Shown here piece by piece: positions 39,459 to 57,056 of a stretch of 64,000 nucleotides of DNA. The notes beneath the pieces were generated by a model. That model was not told the origin of the DNA. It made no database searches and saw only the letters and a list, made by a program, of their open reading frames with translations. The stretch is from assembly GCF_009834535.1 (NCBI RefSeq), contig NC_045698.1, positions 188,001-252,000 on the forward strand. Direction: 5' to 3'. Source of the stretch: Camelus ferus (taxonomy: Eukaryota). Every line of letters begins with the position of its first letter. Position 1 is the stretch's first letter. Made by a program: the position numbers and the translations under genes.

Positions 39459-40515
39459 AACAAAAAGACAACCTATGGAACAGGAGAAAATATTTGTAAA
39501 AAATGAGACTGACAAGGGCTTAATTTCCAAAATATATTAACAGCTCATACAACTTATTAAAAAAAAAAAACACCCAATCCAAAAATGGGCAGAAGACCTA
39601 AACAAGCAATTCTCCAATGAAGACATACAAATGGCCAATAGGCACATGGAAAAATGCTCAATATCACTAATTATCAGAGAAATGAAAATCAAAACTACAA
39701 TGAGGTATCACCTCACACCAGTCAGAATGGCCATCATTCAAAAGTCCACAAACAATAAATGCTGGAGAAAAGGGAACCCTCCTACACTGCTGGTGGGAAT
39801 GTAGTTTGGTGCAGCCATTATGGAAAACAGTATGGAGATACCTCAAAAGACTAAAAATTGATTTACCATATGATCCAGTGATCCCACTCCTGGGCATATA
39901 TCCAGAGAGAACCTTAATTCAAAAAGAAATATGTACCCCAATGTTCATAGCAGAACTATTTACGATAGCCAAGACATGGAAACAACCTAAATGTCCACTG
40001 ACAGATGACTGGATAAAGAAGATGTGTTATATTTATACAATGGAATACTACTCAGCCATGAAAAATAATAAAATAATGCTACTTGCAGCAACATGGATGA
40101 ACCTGAAGATTGTCATTCTAAGTGAAGTAAGCCAGAAAGAAAAAGAAAATACCATATGATGTCACTCATATGTGGAATCTAAAAAAAAAAGACAGATGAA
40201 TTTATTTACAAAACAGAAACAGACTCAGACATAGAAAGTGAACTTATGGTTACCAGGGAGGAAGTGGGTGGGAAGGGATAAACTGGGAGTTTGAAATTTG
40301 CAGATATTAATGACTATATATAAAATAGATAAACAACGAGTTTCTACTTTAGAGCACAGGAAACTATATTCAATATCTTGTAGTAACCTGTTATGAAAAG
40401 GAATATGAAAATGAATATATGTGTACATATATATACCTGAAACATTATGCTATACACCAGAAATTGACACAACATTGTAAACTGACTATACTTCAATAAA
40501 AAATATAAAAATTTT
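39459..40515 (+). mobile_element. Relatively young 5'-truncated L1 (ORF2 C-terminus, 3'UTR, A-tail)
   Basis: ORF 39806-40159 ([29 protein letters not shown]...TIAKTWKQPKCP) is L1 ORF2; TSD-like AAAAATA(A)CAGCAA at 39446-39458 and 40516-40529. Confidence 0.92.
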
Positions 40516-41049
40516 AAAAATAACAGCAATATAGCTGCATGCTGTTTCATATCAAAAAATAATATAAGACTATTTACTCAGCTGACACTTTGAGCCCCGG
40601 CTCTGCTGTGTCCTTCCTTGGATAAAGGTGAACAGAACAGACTTGGTGGGTTTACCTGTTAGCAGGAGCAAAGAAACACCTGCTGTCATTTCAGGCAGGA
40701 ATATGCACTATGAAAGCAGAGCAGGGAAAGGAGATGGACAACGTGGACTTCGATCTGGGGTGGACGTTCTCTCTGAGGACACAAGATCAGGGAGCTGGTC
40801 CCGCTGGTGTTTGGAGACGAGCTTTCCATGAGGGCAGCAAGGGGAAAGGTCCTGAGGCACACGTGCTGTCTGTGAGGGTCTGTGAGGTGTGGAGGGAAGC
40901 TGGGGCTTTGGGCGGAGGCAGGATTTTGCTCGTAGCCTGGTAGGTGCGGGAGTGACACCCTGGGCTGCTAGTGACTGAGGAGGGGTCGGGGGTGGGCGCT
41001 GGAGCGCGGTCGGTAGGGCTTGGATAAGGACAGCAGTTGGTGCTGAGGG

Positions 41050-42200
41050 AACGCAGGGAACCACGGAGGGGGTAACCGAAGCAGGACCCCGAGTGAGGAC
41101 AGAGGCGGCAGATCGGTCTGAGATCTCCAGGGGCCCCACAGACATTGGGCGGAGACCCCGGGATGTGAGGCCAGGCTCACAGGGTGTCCCGGGGGCTCCG
41201 GTGTCGTCATGCGATGGGAGCCCAGTGAGGGAAGGGAGTGCTTTCAAAGTCAGGATGTGTCCGCCAGACGGTCAGCATGGAAGAGGGGGAAGGAGCAGCC
41301 CAGGGATGGGATGGGCCCCGCTGGAGGCCTCGGGAGAAGGGATGGGGGGTTCGGGAGCCCACAGCGCGGGAGGGCGTAGCAGGCGTCCACCGCCGCTCAC
41401 CCGCCTGGTGCGAACCAGATACGCCGAGACTGAGATTTCGCACATACTGCCCTGTGGCTCCGGGGAAGTTCAGGGTCAAAAGTATTATATTAATGTTTTT
41501 AATTGTAAAAATCTTTAGTCCTTTTGATTCTAGTAACAACCCAGTTGGAGCAGGCGGGGCAGGACACGCTACATAATCGAATCCGGGCGCCGGGACCCCG
41601 AGGCTAGTGGAGCCTGAGCCTGGCACCTCCGCACTCAGAGGTGCGCGCTCCGCCTCGGCGGGTGCAGGTGGAAGGGGCGGGTGACTAGGGGCGAAGAACA
41701 GAGGGCCTGGGGCTCTCGCGGGGATCACGGGGACCTCGAGGGGCGCAGGGCACCCCAGAGCCGACAGACCCTTGGGGAGACCACGAGGACGCGAGAGACG
41801 CAGGGCGGGACCCCACCGTGGCGCCCACGGACCATGGACCACCGACCTGGGCGGGGATGCGCGCGCGCGCCCCCTACCGCCTCCCCGGCTCGGTTGGCTC
41901 CGGGGCGGGGCGGCTCGCGTGCCGGGGTGGGGCCGTCCTTCCGCGGCTGCAGCCGCCGCCTGGTCCCCGAGATGCGAGTGCCGGCAGTCGAGCCGCCACA
42001 GCGCCTGGTCTGGGCCGTCTCCTCCCGCGGGCGCGCCTGAGCCTTCGCGCCCCGCTGGCCGGGTAAGTGTCCTCCGCCGGCCCCGCTCCACGATGGAGAC
42101 CCCTGCGCAGAGCCCTCTTCCCAAGAATCCCCCTCCCTCCGGCTCCCGTTCTCAAGTCGCCAGGCCAGGGGTCCAAGGGGCAGCAGTCACCTAAGAATAA
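41050..42200. promoter_or_regulatory. AHRR CpG-island promoter with GC boxes and XREs
   Basis: CpG-dense; GGGGCGGGGCGG 41902-41913 abuts TCGCGTG 41915-41921; second TNGCGTG on the minus strand at 41565-41571. Confidence 0.8.
41960..42062 (+). other. AHRR: Putative AHRR non-coding exon 1 (5' boundary approximate)
   Basis: Consensus donor CGG|gtaagt at 42062/42063 at the 3' side of the CpG island, upstream of AHRR exon 2. Confidence 0.65.
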
Positions 42201-44489
42201 AAACTGGACTTCTGAGGGAAGCCGGTCCGCTTCCACTGTTCGTGGTCCCCCAGTTTCCCTGCCCGGGAGCGTCAGATCCCACCCGTGTCGGGGGAGATGG
42301 GCTCCTGGCCCTTTGCTCTTGGCCCAGTTTCTTTCGGAAACGTTTTGGGCACTTCGAACTGGCCCGCAGAGCTGCCCCAGGGCAGCTGGTGGGGAAGGGC
42401 CCCTAGCTGGTATCCCAGAAATGAGGGTGCGCAGCTCGGCCTCCTTCAGGGCAGGGAGCACCAGGCTTGGTTCTCACACTCGGAAAGGGCGGAAGGCGCC
42501 TGTTCCAGGAATTCGCTGGGTTTCAGTTAGTGGTACCAATAAAGTTTTTTTCCCTAATGTCTTACTTTGAGTGGTGGAAAATCCCAAATCATGGATACTT
42601 TGTGAGAGGTACAGGCCCTCAGGGACCTGCCCTGAGGTTGTTGCTGCTCTGACTCCCACTGGGGAGGGGGCTGCCCAGAGGGCAGGTGACCAGCCCATCA
42701 GAGGTCAGAGGCCTTGGGCAATTTGCCCTTGGGTTTCTCCCTCTTTCCTGGTTGGTTTGAAGGACTGGGGCTGGAGGCATCTCCCCACCTTGGAAGGGTC
42801 CAGTGGGTCTCCAGCTGTGGCCGCCCCATGACTCATGCAGGGCCTCTGTCCTCCAGGGGCCAGGCGCAGAAGCGGGTGCGTGACTGCGTGCCCTGAGGCA
42901 TCTGCCCCGAGCTCTGGGTACGAGACAGCTGTGAGCTGGCCCTCTCCCTGCCTGGTCCGCAGCCCAACCCCCCAGGGGCACTCTGCAGGCGGCCTCTGGC
43001 GGAGGCGGGCTCCTGAGCCTGGCCAGCCTCCGCCCAGCGTCCGCCATCAAGGCCTCAAGCCTGGCTTCTGGGCCGGAGCCCCATGGTGGTGGCGGAGGTC
43101 TCAGGACCCACTCAGTGCGGCCCTGACGGGTCTGTGCCGATGGCCTTAGCCATCCAGCAGCTGTGGCTGGCAGGCTCCCTGTTTCCGGATGAGGACTTCC
43201 AGGTGGGCACCGATGGAGTTTCCCTCTTGGTCCCTGTGGAACGGGGACTGGGGAGCACACACCGGGGCGGAACCCGGGCACCGCTGCGGGGCATGGGGCT
43301 TCTTTTATTTTTGGTTTTTGCTTATGTGTGTTTTCTAAAATGGAAAACCACAAAAGGTTCTTATAAAAGTTCAGATTTCTCAAGAAACACAGCCTGCTCA
43401 GAGCGTCTGTGGAGGCTGGCGCCCATCCTGCCTCAGGGGCACATTTCTGTGGGGAGTTTGGTCCAATCCAATAGGGGCTTCATCTTTTTGAGGGGCGTGC
43501 ACAAGTATTTGTTAAATGGAGCCTACATTTAGGATTCCTAGGGCAGGACTCGGCCAGAATCGGACCCCAAGCTGTGGCTTTTCCAGGGGACTCTGCTGCC
43601 CCTTTGACTTCTCCCCGACCCCAGCAGGGCACCTGGAGAATGTGATCTGCCCAGCTGCTCTTTGCCACAACCAGTGTTGTAGGGCCATTCTGAACGCTGA
43701 GCTGGAGACATGAAGGGGACGTGGCTGTGTAGGCCCCTGGGCAGGCGGAGTGCGAGGCTGGGGAGGGGCTGTGCTCTGGAACCTGGGTCCCATCTCAGCT
43801 CCTGCCATGGGGAGGGGATTTTGGATGAAGGAAAGCGAGGAGTTGGCACTGCCTCCCCTTCAAGTGTCCCCCCACCCCTCCTCATCTTCTGCGTTGACCC
43901 CCACGGCACAGCACCCCTGCTCTGCACCTGGATGGTCTCCTGGGGCTGGGGAGGTCAGCTGCCACCTTTCCCTTTGACCGTGAGGGCTGCCCAGTGGGTT
44001 GCTGAGTGCCCAGCTCCTCTCAGGGTGCGGGGAGGCATCCCTGGCCTTCGGCCTGGCCTGGTGCAGGCTATGGCCTCTCCTGTGTGAGTTGAGGAGCCCT
44101 GTGGTGCAGGCGGGACGGCCTTGCAGGCGGCTCCATCCACCGAGGGAAGTGCAGGCCGCTTCCGTGGTGGCTGCGGCTCAGGACGAGACCGAGAAAGCTG
44201 GACCCTCCCGAAGCATCGGTTCACTCCTTCCTGCTCCAGCCTGCGGCCACCGGGACCGGTCTGGCTTACTTGCCCCAACTCATCTCTCCAGACCTCTCCT
44301 GTTTCCTCTGCCACATCCTCCTCAGCAGCTTGAAAACCTGCTTTTGGTCCCCCGGCCCTGCCGCTGCAGCCTATCCCTGCCTGGTGTGCACAGCCCCCCG
44401 GAATGCGCACCCCGCCTGGCTGGATGCTCTCTCCTGCCAGCCCCTCCTCCTCACCCCCCAGAAACTTCATTTATATTCATACACACACT

Positions 44490-45800
44490 TGTGTTCTTTG
44501 TCTTTGTTGAGGTAAAATTCACCAAACGCGAAGCTCACCATTTAAGTTTACAGCTCAGTGGTGTTTATTTAGTTTATTGCTGCTGCCCACTCCATCTAAT
44601 TCCCAAACGTGTTCTTCATCCTGGATGGAAACTCTGTACACATTAGGCAGGCACTCCCCACTCCCTTCTCCTCTGGCCTCAGGCAACCATTCATCCACTT
44701 TCTGTCTCCATGGATTTGCCTGTTCTGGACCTTTCACGTAAGTGGAATTAATCTGTGTCCCTTTGTGTCTGCCTTCTCTCATGTGCCATCATGCTTTCAA
44801 GCTTTATCCGTGTTGTCAGGTGCATCAGAGCTTCATTCCTTTTTGTGGCTGAATAGTATTCCACTGGATGGATAGACCACATTTTGTTTCTCCATCAGCA
44901 GTTGACGGGCATTTGGGTTGTTTCTACTTTTGGACTCTTGTGGATAATGATGCTGTGAGCACCTGTGGGCCAGGCTTTATTTGAATACGTTTCAGTTCTT
45001 TTGGGCACACACCTGTGAGTTGAATTGCTGGGTCATATAGTGACTCTATGTTTGACTTTTTGAGGGAATACTGAATTGCTTTCCACAGCAGCTGCACCAT
45101 TTTCCATCCCCACTAGCAAAGCATAGGGGTCCCATTTTCTCCACATCTTCACCAACACTTACTGTTTTCCATTTAAAAAATGTTTTCCATTTTAGCCATC
45201 CTCGTGGGTGTGCAGTGGTGTCTCACTGCAGGTTTCACTTGCATTTCCAGTGGCTAAGGATGTTGAGCACCTTTTCATTCACTCACAATCCATTTGTATA
45301 CTTTTTTGGGGGAAAAATGTCTGTTCAAATATTTTGCCCGTTTTTGATCGGATTGTTTGTCTCTTGCTGAGTTTTGAGCATCCTTTACGCGGTGTGGACA
45401 CTACAGCCTTCTTAGATGCACGATTTGCAAGTATCTTCTCCCACCTGTGGGTTGTCTCTTCACTTTCTTGATGGTGTGCTTTGAAGCCCAAGTTTTAAAT
45501 TCTGATGAAGTTCAACTTACCTAGTTTTTCTTTGCTTTTGGTGACATATGTAAGAATCCATCACCATCTTTAAGATCATGAAGATAGAGCCCTGTGTTTT
45601 GTCCAAGAGTTTTATAGCTTTGGCTCTTACACTTAGGTCTTTAGCTAGTTTTGGTTAATTTTTGTAACCAGTGTGAGGTCGAAGTCCAACTTCACTCCTT
45701 CCAGGTGGACATCCAGTTGTCTCGCACCTTTTGATGAAGAGCTCAATTCTCTTTCTGCATTGAATGATCTGTTGTTGAAAATGAATTGACCACTGCGTGT
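44490..45800 (-). mobile_element. Old L1 3' part in AHRR intron 1
   Basis: Antisense L1 text (ctttttgtggctgaatagtattccact...ggatgttgagcaccttttcat); minus-strand peptide HRWEKILANRAS. Confidence 0.85.
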
Positions 45801-47087
45801 TTCTTCCTATACCACATTTCTCTTTTCAATACTTTAAAAAACTTTATTTTGGAAAATTTCAAATTTTTTACAAGAGTGGAGAGAATTCATACTGAGCGTA
45901 TTCATCAAGCAGCAGGGATGGCCTGCTACCAACAGCGGCTGAGCCGGTGTCACTCACACCCCAGCTGCTCCCTGGATTAGGATCAAGCGAACCGCGGGCA
46001 AGTCATTCCCTCCCATGGGTGAGCCTGTGTCCCTAAAATGTGTGGACTTAAAAAAAAAAAACAGCTTTTTATGGTTTTTACTTAATTTTTGGGTTGGACT
46101 GAGGGACTTTAATTAATGTAAAGAAGTATTAACTACAACAGTGAAAGGAGGATCTCGGGATTGAGGAAGCACCCCCAGGGGGCACCCCAGATATTGGGTG
46201 TTCAGGCCTCGTTGAGAAGGTGTGTTCAGCCCCTGGGATGTGAAGATGGTCACTGAGTTTCCCAGCCTCTGGCCGAGCTGAGCAGGAACAAAGGGACACA
46301 TTGGAACCTAGGAACCAGAAGCCCTCACTCTGGCAGGTGCCCCGTGCTGGCTGGGAAGGAGAGGAGCTGGAAGGGTCCAGCCTGCCGAGTGGAGCAGGCC
46401 TGGACAAGCTGCCTAGACCCCGGCCCGGCCTCCAGTACCGAGCACCAAGTACCGAGCACCAAGTGGCGGGTAACGCTTCGGCCGGAGCTACCGCATCTCC
46501 CGCCGAGACTCCTGGACGTCTGGGTGTGTGATGAGCCCCAGACACGTTGTGATCACTGTTGTCTGAACTGTCAATTCTCTTTTAAAGCTATTTCAAGAGT
46601 AAGACGAGCCCTGCGTTTCTGCCTCGCAGTAGCCACTTCCTGTGCTTTCTGTTCCGTCGCGTGGACCCATGTGACCATCTGGTATCGTTTTCCTCTGGCC
46701 TGAAAGACACTTTTCCACATTTGTTACAGTGGGGTCAGCTGGCAATGAATTCCCTCAGCTTGTGTGTGTCTGCGAAAGTCTCTACTAACTTTCATTTCTA
46801 AAAGGTTGTTTCGCAGGATTTGGAATTTCACGTTGAGGTCTTCTCTGCCGGTGCTTTGAGGATGCGACCCGCCGTCCCCTCCTCCGTGTTCCTGGCGTGG
46901 CGTCTGCCCTCACACAGGCCTCTGCTCTTTGTGCCCAGTGCTCTTTTCTCTGCGGCTTTTAAGATGATTTTGCTTCTTGCCAGTTGTGGGCAATTTCATT
47001 ATGATGTGTCTTAGGGTAATTTTCTTCCTGTTTCTGATGCTTGGGGTTCATTGACTTCTTTTTTTTTCTGGATGTAAGTCTATGTTG

Positions 47088-47690
47088 TTTTATTTTTATT
47101 TTTTTTTAATTGAAGTATAGTCAGTTTACAGTGTTGTGTCAATTTCTGGCGCACAGCTTAATGTTTCAGTCATACATGTACATGCATATATTTTCATATT
47201 GTTTTTCATTATAGGTTACTACAAGACAGTGAATACAGTTCCCTGTGCTATAGAGTAGGATCTTATTGTTTATCTATTTTATATGTATTAGTTAATATCT
47301 GCAAATCGCAAACTCCCAATTTATCCCTTCCCACCCCTTTCCCCTCAAGTAACCAAAAGTTTATTTTCTGTGTCTGCGAGTCTGTTTCTGTTTTGTAAAT
47401 AACTTCATTGGTCTTTTTTTTTTTTTTTTTTTTTAGATTCCACATATGAGTGATATTATATGGCATTTTTCTTTCTCTTTCTGGCTTCCTTCACTTAAAA
47501 TGACAACCTCCAGGTCCATCCATGTTGCTGCAAATGACATTATTTTATTTTTTATGGCTGAGTAGTATTCTCTTATGTAAATATAACACAACTTCTTTAT
47601 CCAGTCATCTACTGATGGACATTTAGGTTGTTTCTATGTCTTGGCTATTGTAAACAGAGCTGCTGTGAACATTGTGGTGCATGTATCTTC
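47088..47690 (-). mobile_element. Young 5'-truncated L1, same family as 39459-40515
   Basis: Reverse complement shares gggtgggaagggataaa(c/t)tgggagtttg...gcagatattaa...taaaatagataaacaa; TSD TTCATTGACT(T/A)CTT at 47047-47060 and 47688-47701. Confidence 0.9.
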
Positions 47691-48542
47691 ATTGACTACT
47701 TGAATCTGTAGATTTACAGTTTTCATTAAGTTTGGACATATTTCTGCTATTATTTCTTACATTTTTTTTCTGTGTCACCTCCTTTACCCTCCTATTCTTT
47801 AAGTTCCCAGTTACACATGTTAAACCTCTTGAAATACCTAAATATTTAATTTTTATTTTGGTACTATTGTAAATGGTACTGGTTTTTAAAAATCTGTGTT
47901 CCAATTTTTCATTGCTAGTGTTTAGAAACACAGTTGACTTTTTCATGTTGTCCTTTTTCCTGTGACCTTGCTGAACTCAATTATTGTAAGTTATAAGAGA
48001 TTTGTCTTAGCAAAAGTTTGGAATTTTCTGTGTGACCATCACGTTGTCTGTGAACACTAATGGGAAAGGGGACAGAGAACATCTTTGTCTTGTCTGTGAT
48101 CTCAGGGTTATGTCCGGTCTTTGTCTGGATCACATTAAGTTCACACTAGGTGTGATGTCAGCTGTAGGTTAGGTGTAGATGCCCTTTATCAGGTTGAGTT
48201 CCCTTCTATTCTTAGTTTGATAAGATTTTTTTCATTATTATGCATGGATTTGGATTTTATCAAATGCATTTTTATGTGTTGAGATGACCATATGTATTTT
48301 TCTTTAGTTTATTAATAAAGTGAATTATAATGATCGATTTCTGGCTGTTGGAGCAGCCTTGAATTCCTTGGGTAAACCCCGCTTGTGATGTATCGTCCTC
48401 TTCATGTGTTGCTGGGTTGCATTTGCTAGCATCTAATTGAGGATTTTTATGCCCATGTTCATGAGGGATTTTTGGCTATAGTTTTCTCAAAATGTCTTTG
48501 GTTTTGGTATCAGGGTAATGCTGAACCTATAAATGAGTTGGC

Positions 48543-48580
48543 AATTTTAATTTTTAATTTTAATTTTAATTTTAATTTTT
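48543..48580. repeat. (AATTTT)n low-complexity repeat
   Basis: aattttaatttttaattttaattttaatttttaatttttt. Confidence 0.75.
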
Positions 48581-48787
48581 TCGGTAGAGAGTCGATATTA
48601 TTATTTCTTCTTTGAGTCGGAAGAATTTACCAGCGAGGCCATCTGGGCCTGGGGCTGTTGTTGTCGTGGAGCAGATATAGGACTAAAGATGTCGTCTGTT
48701 TTTTCTTGAGTGAGTTTTGGTAGTTCATGTCATTCGAGGAATTGGTCCATTTCATCTAAATTGTTGACTTTGTGGGGATAGTATTTG

Positions 48788-49110
48788 TGTTACTTTGTTT
48801 GGGCTGCCATAACAAAATCCCATGGACCGGGTGGCTGAAACAATAGAAATTTATTTCTCACAGTCTGGAGGCTGGAAGTCCGAGGTCAAGGTGCCTGCTG
48901 GTGCGGCTTCTGGTGAGAGCTGTCCTCTTGGCTTGCACATGGCAGAGAGAGAGCTCTCCTGTCTCTTCCTCTTCTTGTCAGGACAACAGTTCCAGCAGGT
49001 CAGGGCCTCTCTGACCATGGCCAGCGCCTTAAAGGCCCTGTCTCCAGTACAGTCAAGTGGGGGATTGGCGCTTCATCGTATGACTTTTGTGGGGACACAG
49101 CTAAGTTCAT
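48788..49110 (-). mobile_element. MLT1-type MaLR solo LTR
   Basis: gggctgccataacaaaat...agaaatttatttctcacagtctggaggctggaagtccgaggtcaaggtg. Confidence 0.85.
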
Positions 49111-50761
49111 GGCGGTGTCTCTCATTGTCCTTCTAACATCTGTGGGATCTGTAGTGATGTCCCTCCTTTTGCTCCTAATATTGGTCATTTGTGTTTCCTC
49201 ACTCTTGATCAGTCTGGCTAGAGGCCTATTCATTTTGTTAGTCTTCTCAAAGAACCAACTTTCAGTTTCATCAGTTTTTCTTTTTCTATTCCAAGTTTCA
49301 CTGATTTTTACTCCTTATTGTTTTCATCTTTCTGGCTGATGTGGATTTATTTTCTCTTCTTCTAGTTACTTAAAGTGGAAGCTTAGATTACCCATTTGAA
49401 ACCTTTATTTTTTTCTAATGTAAACATTTAATGCTGCCAGTGTCCATCAGACCACGCAGTTGTAGCCCATGAAGTTTGATATGTTATATTTTCATTCAGC
49501 TCAAAACATTTTTAAGTTTCTCTGAGACTTTCTCTTTGACCCATGGTTACTTAGAAGCAGATTGCTTACCAAATAGTTGGAAGTTTTCCATGTATCTTTC
49601 TAGTTTAATTCCATCTTATTAGAAAACATACTTTGTATGGTTATTATTGTCTCAACTTTGTTAAGGGTTGTTTTCGATCCTAGAATGCGGTCTACTTGAT
49701 GGTTGGGCCATGCACAGAGACCGCGTGCTCTGCTGTTGCTGGACGCTGTGGTCTATACATTTCACTCAGTCTGTGTCTGCTGTTTGAAGAGTCTACATCC
49801 TTTGTGACTGGCTGTCTACAAAGTGTGTTTCTTATATTTCAGGTGGGTCCATAACATGTTTCTGACGTTTTCACTGCACTTTCTGAACAGAGTGGAAATT
49901 TCGTGTTTGAGTAATGTGCTTCCTTGTCCAGGCTGCATGTGTTTGAGACCAGGGGAGGGGTCCTAACCTCCTCTCCCTGTCTGTTGGCCCAGAGCCTGGC
50001 ACTGAGTAGTTGCGACTGGTCTGCAGGACATTTGTGAGGGAGCAGACATCCTCACTGCACGGGAAAAACCAAGATTCTGATGGCCTCCTTGAGGTGATGG
50101 GTGCGCTGACCAGCTTGGGGCACAGACACTGGATTGCTCCTCGGGGTCAGCTGTCTGCGTCCAGCACTGCTGGTGGAGGCCAGCAGGGGTGGTCAGCAGG
50201 GCTCGTGCAGCTGGGAGTTAGTGGCATAAGTGGAAACATTGTGGAGTTAGGAGAGATTTTACGAAGAGAAGAGGAAGTACCGGGCCATAAAGGGGGGCCT
50301 CGGAAGGGGCGTGGATGGGGCACAAGCACTGAGAGGATGCACGCGGCCCCACACGCCTGCGCAGACCCTGCCCCAGCACTCAGTCCTCGCTCTGTGGCCG
50401 CGTGTCCTGCTCCGGATGCCTGTGGAGTTCCTCTGTCTTCTGGTGGCTCCGGGAGCTTATCTGCCATCGGCTCTGGGAGCACAGGGCTGTTTCTCTATAG
50501 GAGGGGGTGGTGTGGGTCCTGGGGCCAGGCTGGGGGCCGTGCTGCTGCCCAGTGAAGGGCTGTGTCCTCGCCAGGCCCTTGGGCATCTTCCTGTCGAGTG
50601 GGGGAGGTGTGAGGCTCATGCTGGCCACGCCCTCGGTCATCGCTGCAGGGGACAGAGTCATGCCTTGCCTGGGGCTGGGGCACCTCCACTGACCTTGGCT
50701 GCCGTCTGGGTGGTTTGAGAGTGGTGTGGACACGGGGAGCTCTTCAATGGGACCAACTTGA

Positions 50762-57056
<6,295 letters not shown>

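Larger units (their letters stand above)
46600..49830 (-). mobile_element. Composite of old L1 fragments hosting a younger L1 and an MLT1 LTR
   Basis: Minus-strand peptides KKSTVFLNTSNEKLE and NRPLARLIK...TNIRSKRRDITTDPTDV are L1 ORF2-like. Confidence 0.8.

Noticed and set aside
39806..40159. 117-aa ORF as a host gene
   Set aside because: It is the C-terminus of L1 ORF2 in a truncated element.
41207..42124. 305-aa minus-strand ORF and neighbouring ORFs
   Set aside because: They span the AHRR CpG island; composition artefact.
46434..46464. 14-bp direct repeat AGTACCGAGCACCA x2
   Set aside because: Only two adjacent copies with no spacer; not an array.
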